This document shows positions 19,808 to 25,969 of a stretch of DNA of 25,969 nt, one piece after another. Made by a program: the position numbers and the translations under genes. A model generated the notes under the pieces. The model made no database searches and was not told the origin of the DNA. It was given only the letters and a program-made list of their open reading frames with translations. The stretch's first letter is position 1. The number at the start of each line of letters is the position of its first letter. The DNA comes from Octopus sinensis (taxonomy: Eukaryota). Location of the stretch: positions 1 to 25,969 of the forward strand of contig NW_021834751.1 of assembly GCF_006345805.1 (NCBI RefSeq). The letters run 5' to 3'.

Positions 19808-20064
19808 GTATATACACGGAGATGTACTTGCATAGCGAGTGACTTGATCTAAGATCGTGTGCTGGAACGAAAGCAATTGCAGCGTGGAAGGTGTTTATAA
19901 GCCATTCAAGAAACACACAAAGTTTTGAAGCACGAAGCTTTGTCAGTGATCAGGTCGCGGTCTCAAAGCGACGAAAACATTTTGACAAATTAAATTTAAA
20001 TGTTGAAGTGAATCTAACGGATTTTGTTTCGTAAATGGCTTATAAACACCTTACATGCTGCAAT
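19808..20064. mobile_element. Penelope-like pseudo-LTR fragments in inverted orientation (putative)
   Basis: 29/31-bp inverted repeat at 19876-19906 and 20034-20064 enclosing a hammerhead-like fold. No PLE ORF is seen. Confidence 0.5.
19939..19989 (+). ncRNA. Minimal type I hammerhead ribozyme-like motif with G3-C8 core variant
   Basis: Helix I TTTGTCA/TGACAAA (7 bp); core GTGATCA plus an extra G; helix II GTCGC/GCGAC; GAAA; 2-bp helix III AA-CA-TT; U17. Confidence 0.6.
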
Positions 20065-20081
20065 ATATATATATATATATT

Positions 20082-21216
20082 CTTTTTTTAATCTCTAGTT
20101 TCAGCTCAGAGCTGCGGCCATGCTAATGCACCGCAGTTTTGTGCTACACTGTTATTGCGAAGAACCTCGTCTAATATGTGGCACTTGGTGAAGAATGGAG
20201 TTTGATATAGCTACTCTCATTTGCACCTCTTGCCGTGAGGTAGGTTCATCTGGGACTCTTGACAGGAAGATGTCCAGCTTTGATTTAAAAACCGCTACAT
20301 CTACTTTGTGCAAGTTCCTCAGACTCTTTGGGAGAATATTAAAAAGCTGTGGACCCTTGAAACCCAGGCTGTTGCAGAAGCTGGTCCTGAAGCGTGATGG
20401 CATTGCTGGGATTTTTGGCACTATGCAGTGTCGTCCCGTTCTAGCATTGGTGTAGCTTACAATGCCAAAATTTGGCACAATTTCTTCCAGGATCTTCCAG
20501 ACATATTACTGCATACCTCTCCCGTCTTCTCTCCAGGGAGTAGAGTCTTAGCTGTTTCAACCTTTCCCAGTAGCTGAGCTGTTGCAAAGAGACGATCTTC
20601 TTTGTGAATCTTCTCTGGATTGCTTCAAGGTCCGCTGTTAATTTTACACTGGTGGGTGACCATAGCTGTGAGCAGTAATCCAGGCAGCTGAGGAGGAATG
20701 TCCGCCAGAGGACCATCATGGTTTCCTTATCTCTGGTTCTGAATGTTCTTAGGATCCACCCAGCCAGACGTCTGCACTTTGTCGCCATCCTGGTAATGTG
20801 CACTTGGAAAGAGGTATCATCACTCATGTCGATACCCAGGTCCCTCACAGACTTAGGCTCTGGGATTGAAATTCCCTGTGGACCGGTTTATCCTGTAAGT
20901 TTAATATTCAGTTTTGGATGCTGGTAGCGCAGGGCCTGGAATTTTTCAGCATTAAACTGCATATTATTATCCTCAGCCCATCTGTAGATTGAGTCCAACT
21001 CCTGCTGCAGGTGTGCAACATCGCAGGGGTTCTGTATTTTCTGCGAGACTTTCGTATTGTCCGCATAGCTGGCCAGAGTGGCTATCCGGGCATTTGAGGG
21101 CATATCTGAGAGGGCCACTATAAAAAGCAGTGGTCCCAAGACAGTGCCCTAGGGAACACCGCTCACTATTTGTGTGTTCATAGAGGTGGCTCCATTAACC
21201 ACTACTGCCTGACTCC

Positions 21217-21217
<1 letters not shown>
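20082..21217 (-). mobile_element. CR1-like non-LTR retrotransposon, 3' part of ORF2 (RT domain to C-terminus) and 3' UTR, degenerate
   Basis: SGVP*GTVLGPLLFI...SYADNTK...WAEDNNMQFNAEK; RDLGI; LDYCSQLWSP...LEAIQRRFTK...SYWERLKQLRLYSLERRRER; NSLGFKGPQLFNILP. Contains stops and frameshifts; stop at 20152-20154. Confidence 0.92.
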
Positions 21218-21261
<44 letters not shown>

Positions 21262-21265
<4 letters not shown>

Positions 21266-21335
21266 TAATAGTTATCGCCAAGGTAACATGGCACTCCATG
21301 GACTGCCATGTTAACTTAGTCATAACTATTAATAT
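21262..21335. repeat. 74-bp imperfect palindrome (mini-MITE-like)
   Basis: ATATTAATAGTTATCGCCAAGGTAACATGGCA pairs with TGCCATGTTAACTTAGTCATAACTATTAATAT; the loop contains TCCATGGA. Confidence 0.8.
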
Positions 21336-21344
21336 CCAGTACCG

Positions 21345-21840
21345 CTGCCGTAGTTAGAGCGTCGAGCTTACAATCGTGAGGTTGTGAGTTCAATTCCCGG
21401 ACCTGGCTGCGTGTTGTGTTCTTGAGCAAAACACTTCATTTCATGTTGCTCCTGTTCACTCAGCTGTAGAAATGAGTTGTGACGTCACAGGTGCCAAGCT
21501 GTATCGGCCCCTTTACCTTTCCCTCGGATAACATTGGTGGCGTGGAGAGGGGAGGCCGGTATGCACGGGCGACTGCTGGTGTTCCATGAACAACCTTGCC
21601 CGCAACTCTCCCTTGTGTCTGTTTCTTCACCATCGAATGACAAACGATGCTGGGGGTGTTTACGTCCCCGTAACTTAGCGGTTTGTGAAAAAGAGACCGA
21701 TAGAATAAGTAGCACTAGGCTTACAAAGAATAAGTCCTGGGGTCGATTTCTTCGACTAAAAGAAAGACAAACCTTCAATGCGTTGCCCCAACATGGCCGC
21801 AGTCAAATGACTGAAACAAGTAAAAGAATAAAAGAATATA
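21345..21840 (+). mobile_element. SINE with head D (CORE-like central motif) joined to the B right module and tail
   Basis: B-box GAGTTCAATTCC and GTGTTGTGTTCTTGAGCAAAACACTT...CACTCAGCTGTAGAAATGAGT. From about 21612 it matches the B right module. Confidence 0.75.
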
Positions 21841-22286
21841 TATATATATATATATATGTATACGATGCGACACGCATACACACACATTTATACACCCATG
21901 CACACACACACACATACACACACACACAGAGTTCTGGGTGCGGTGCACTTGTCTCTCATTGTTGACATAACAAATGATACATAGTGCGTGTGTATATATA
22001 TATACGTGTGTGTGTGTGTGTATATATATATATATGTGTGTATGTATGTATGTGTGCGTATATGTATATGTGTGTGAGTGCGTGTATGTATGTATACATG
22101 CCAGCGTGTGTACATATGTATGATGTATGTATGTATGGATAGATGGATGGATGTGTGAACCGGGGGGTATATATACAAATATTTTATTCTGGTTCGTGCG
22201 GGGGTGTGTATTAATGTCAGTGTGTACACATATTCATATATGCATATTTCTGCTTCTATATATAAGTACGTACACCCCTCTTTTCC

Positions 22287-22317
<31 letters not shown>

Positions 22318-22329
22318 TATTATAAATAG

Positions 22330-22410
22330 TTACTGGGGTCGATTCGTTGAAATAAAAAGTTTTCAAGGCGGTACTCCAGCATGGCCGTAATCTAATGACT
22401 GAATAAGTAA
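22330..22410 (+). mobile_element. SINE/LINE 3' tail fragment
   Basis: CTGGGGTCGATT...AAGGCGGTACTCCAGCATGGCCG...ATGACTGAA. Confidence 0.7.
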
Positions 22411-22517
22411 CACACACACCACACACACACACTATCTATCTATCTCTATATGTATATATAGAGGTAGATAGATAGAATGAGAAAGAGAAAGATAAATAGA
22501 TAGACAGACAGACAGAC

Positions 22518-22550
<33 letters not shown>

Positions 22551-22551
<1 letters not shown>

Positions 22552-23013
22552 GTTTTTTTATTGGCCACACAAGGCTGCACACAGACGGGACAAATTACGA
22601 AGTAGAGCTTTTCTTTTTGGGGAGAAAAAAAAGTGGGGTAGGTTTTCGATGAAAAGGGATCTTAAAAAGGAAAGAAAAAAGATCAATAGGGATTGTGTAT
22701 CACAGAAATGTCATGATTTAAAGTGTAAAGGGGGAATCAGATAAGGTTTATCCGTGGAAAGAAAAGCCTACGGAAAATACCACGGTAACGTCGGTCATTT
22801 ATTTGCAAGTAGGTAACCCTCTGTTTTAACTTTTTCTGGGTTCATAGGATCATGCTCAAGGTGGCTTCGTCATTCATACGTGCCATCCTTGCTACATTCA
22901 CCCATCTTTTTTTGAAACATTCGCTAGACAAAACTTGCCTCTCTACTCTCACTTTCCTTTTCAAGTGATACTCGAAGAAGTTGATGAGAGATTGACCAGA
23001 GAGGAAAGTGTTT
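22551..23013 (-). mobile_element. Tx1/L1-like non-LTR retrotransposon 3' end (ORF2 C-terminus and 3' UTR) within (TATC)n
   Basis: [55 protein letters not shown] (stop 22842), then a pyrimidine-rich UTR, AATAAA and an A-rich end. Clade assignment rests on a recalled C-terminal pattern (R..ER....F..RW). Confidence 0.6.
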
Positions 23014-23069
23014 AGATAGATATATATATATATAGATAGATAGATAGAGTGAGCGAGATAAATAAAGAG

Positions 23070-23108
<39 letters not shown>

Positions 23109-23248
23109 AAGAGAGATAGATAGATAGATAAATAGATAGATAGATAGATAGATAGAAAGAGAGGGAGAGATAGATAGATAGAGAGGGTCAGAGAAAGAGA
23201 AAGAGAGGTAGATAAATAGATAGATAGATGGAGACAGACAGACAGACA
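23014..23248. repeat. (AGAT)n compound microsatellite (also 22430-22550)
   Basis: Directly visible on both sides of the Tx1-like fragment. Confidence 0.95.
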
Positions 23249-23256
23249 TTATTATT

Positions 23257-23616
23257 AAGACGGCGAACTGGCAGAATTGTTAGCATGCTTGACGAAATAC
23301 TTAAAGGTATGTCGCCCGTCGCTCCGTTCTGAGTTCAAATTCCGCCGAGGTCGACTTTGCCTTTCGGGGTCGATAAATTAAGTACTGGCGAAACACTGAG
23401 TCGATGTAATAGACTAGTCCTCTCCCACCAAATTTCAGGCCTTGTGCCTATAGCACAAAGAATTATTAAGACGGCGATCTGAGAGAATCGTTAGCACACC
23501 GGACTAAACGCGTCGCGGCATTTCATCCGTCTATAGGTTCAGAGTTCAAATTCTGCTGAGATTGATTTTGCCTTTCATCATTTCTGGATCGATATAAATA
23601 ACTACTAATTAAACAC
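23257..23616 (+). mobile_element. SINE A2 monomer (23257-23467) plus a second truncated A copy
   Basis: Both start TTATTAAGACGGCGA; the first ends in the A2 tail ...CCTTGTGCCTATAGCACAAAGAATTATT. Confidence 0.8.
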
Positions 23617-23962
23617 TAGGCGTAGTAGTGGCTGTGTGGCAAGTAGCTTACTTCCCAACCACATGGTTCCGGGTTCAGTCCCACTGCGTGACACCTTGGG
23701 CAAGTGTCTTCTGCTATAGCCCCGGGCTGACCAAAGCCTTGTGAGTGGATTTGGTTGACGGAAACTGAAAGAAGCCCGTCATATTATATATATATATATG
23801 TTGAGTTTTACGTCTTTTTGTGGTGTCCTGTACGTATATATATTTATATATGCATGTATATATACATGTAGATGTCGGTACGTACATATATGTTTGTATG
23901 TATGCATATATTTTATTTATTACACTATATATAATATATAGTATATATATATATATATATAG

Positions 23963-24013
<51 letters not shown>

Positions 24014-24263
24014 TATATATATACATATATATTATATATATATATATATACATATATAGTATACGTTTGTGTGTCTGTGTTTGTCCTCCACAACATCGTT
24101 TGACAACCGATGCTACTGTGTTTAAGTCCCCGTAACTTAGCAGTTAGGCAAAACTGACTGATAAAATAAGTACTAGGCTTACAAAGAATAAGTCCTGGGG
24201 TCGATTTACTCGACTAAAGGCAGTACTCCAGCATGGCTACAGTCAAATGACTGAAGCAAATGA
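23617..24263 (+). mobile_element. SINE family B with about 285-bp expanded internal (TA)n
   Basis: Left module 23617-23780; right module 24065-24263. Confidence 0.88.
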
Positions 24264-24414
24264 ACTAGTGTCAATGCAACCGACCGACGCCCGCCTCCCC
24301 CTCCTCACCAAAATGGTTGCCATTTTTAGCCATTATTTGTTGTTTTTTAAAGGATTGAGCCAGTAGAATCATTAACACACGGATCAAAATGCTTAACAGT
24401 ATTTTGTCCTTCTG

Positions 24415-24590
24415 CACAATTCAGTGGTTAGAGCGTCGGGTTCACGGTTATGAGATAGTGAGTTCGATTCTCGGACCAGGCTGCGTGTTGTGTTCTTGCT
24501 TCAGTTCACTCATCTGGCAAAATTTAGATGTGACGTCACCGGTGCCAAGCTGTATCGGTTCCTTTGCCTTTCTCTTGGTATTGGCCCCTT
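24415..24590 (+). mobile_element. SINE head D, diverged fragment
   Basis: Matches 21345-21530 (GGTTAGAGCGTCG...GAGTTCGATTC...GTGACGTCAC.GGTGCCAAGCTGTATCGG). Confidence 0.75.
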
Positions 24591-24668
24591 AGCCTTTCAA
24601 TCGGTGAATGTATATATATATGTGTGTGTGTATATATAATATATATGTATATATACATATAATATGTA

Positions 24669-24705
<37 letters not shown>

Positions 24706-24706
<1 letters not shown>

Positions 24707-24991
24707 CACGTGACCGACCAGACCATCAGATGTTGCTACACATCGCTGGTCACAATGCGTTCGCATTGTTTTAGCCTTCGAATGACGCCACCCCGCTGGC
24801 TAAGCGAGCAGGCCAACAGAAGAAAGAGTGGTGAAAGAGTACAGTAGGGATCACCATCCCCTGTCGGAGCCTCGTGGAGCTTTTTAGGTGTTTTCGCTCA
24901 ATAAACACACACAACGCCCGGTCTGGGAATCGAAACCGCGATCTTGCGACCGCGAACCGCTGCCCTAACCACTAGGCTATTGCGCCTCCAC
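24706..24991 (-). mobile_element. SINE with C-type head and third tail C3
   Basis: C head and body to ...CTCTTTCACCAC, then GGCCTGCTCGCTTAGCCAGCGGGGTGGCG...ACAATGCG...GGTCGGTCACGTGA. Confidence 0.8.
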
Positions 24992-25120
24992 CATATACAT
25001 ATATGTATATATATATACATACATATATACATATATATGTATATAGATATATATACATACATATATATGTATATATATATGTATATTGTATGTATGTATA
25101 TATGTATATGTCTATATATG

Positions 25121-25272
25121 CGAAGGGATTCTTTCACTTTCCGTTTACCAAATCCACTCACAAGGTTTTATTCGACCCGAGGCCTTAATAAAACACCCTT
25201 GCCTAAGGTGCCACGCAGTGAGACTGAATCTGAAACCACGTGATTAGGAAGCGAACTTCCCCCAACACAGTT
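25121..25272 (-). mobile_element. SINE B left module, diverged
   Basis: Reverse complement resembles the B left module. Confidence 0.7.
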
Positions 25273-25532
25273 CCGCCAGGCGTGTGCCTATCGTCATAAC
25301 AGGATCGTAATCGAAAAACCGAATGCCTTTACCAAGCCGTGGAGAACATTCTTGCCCCCGTAACGGAAGAAAACATCTCTATTAGACGCGAAAGGTTAGC
25401 TCGGTGCGAAGCATTCAAATCCCAAGGCAATACCATCCCAGATAATGCACGACTGGATCGGGAAATCCTATATACAGAATGTATGTATATGTATATATAT
25501 GTATAAGCTACAGTAGAAAACGCTACTGCCCC

Positions 25533-25765
25533 AAGGCGGCAAGCTGGCAGAGTGGTTAGCACGCTGGGCGAAATGCGTAGCCGTATTTCATCTGCCGTTA
25601 CGTTCTGAGTTCAAATTCCGTCGAGGTCGGCTTTGCCTTTCATCCCTTCGGGGTCGATAAATCAAGTACCAGTTACGCACTGGGGTCGAATTAATCGACT
25701 TAATTCGTTTGTCTGTCCTTGTTTGTCCCCTCTGTGTTTAGCCCCTTGTGGGTAGTAAAGAAACA
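25533..25765 (+). mobile_element. SINE A1 monomer with about 50 bp of extra 5' sequence inside a 13-bp TSD
   Basis: TSD TATATACAGAATG at 25469-25481 and 25766-25778. Confidence 0.88.
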
Positions 25766-25885
25766 TATATACAGAATGGATTGAGCTAATGCGTTGTTTG
25801 GTTGGCTGTTAAATGTAAGGTTTACCGGGCTATAGTGCTTTCTTCTCTGCTGTATGGAGATGAAACGTGGACAGTCTGCAGATTA

Positions 25886-25969
25886 AGTGGCTGTGTGGTA
25901 CGTAGCTTGCTTACCAACCACATGGTTCCGGGTTCAGTCCCACTCCGTGGCACCTTGGGCAAGTGTCTT
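25886..25969 (+). mobile_element. SINE B left module, running off the window end
   Basis: AGTGGCTGTGTGGTACGTAGC...CACCTTGGGCAAGTGTCTT. Confidence 0.88.

Overview
AT-rich, microsatellite-dense eukaryotic DNA with no intact protein-coding gene. The SINE bodies and repeat types look like those of Octopus (cephalopod) genomes; this is inferred from recall, not from a search. The window is a nested graveyard of mobile elements. (1) There are about 30 copies or fragments of tRNA-headed SINEs, built from four heads (my labels A-D) and several interchangeable 3' tails. (2) Two candidate partner LINEs are present: a CR1-like RT fragment at 20082-21217 and a Tx1/L1-like 3' end at 22551-23013 and 9459-9664. 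Their 3' tails match SINE tails in the window. (3) DNA transposon fossils are a hAT-type TTF zinc-finger ORF, a DD37D/maT transposase split by a SINE, a Tc1 5' half with its start-codon region amplified 5x, and a Lep1-like Helitron derivative. (4) A Penelope-like inverted repeat carries a minimal hammerhead-ribozyme fold with a G3-C8 swapped core. (5) Also present are a 5'-truncated tRNA-Gly(TCC), an 11-unit 122-124 bp tandem array, several palindromes, and one GC-rich candidate promoter/first exon near 18.0-18.26 kb. The best leads are the G3-C8 hammerhead, a Tx1-like element sitting in (TATC)n in both copies, and a SINE carrying that Tx1 tail which forms fixed-junction multimers. Nearly all supplied ORFs are microsatellite or SINE artefacts.
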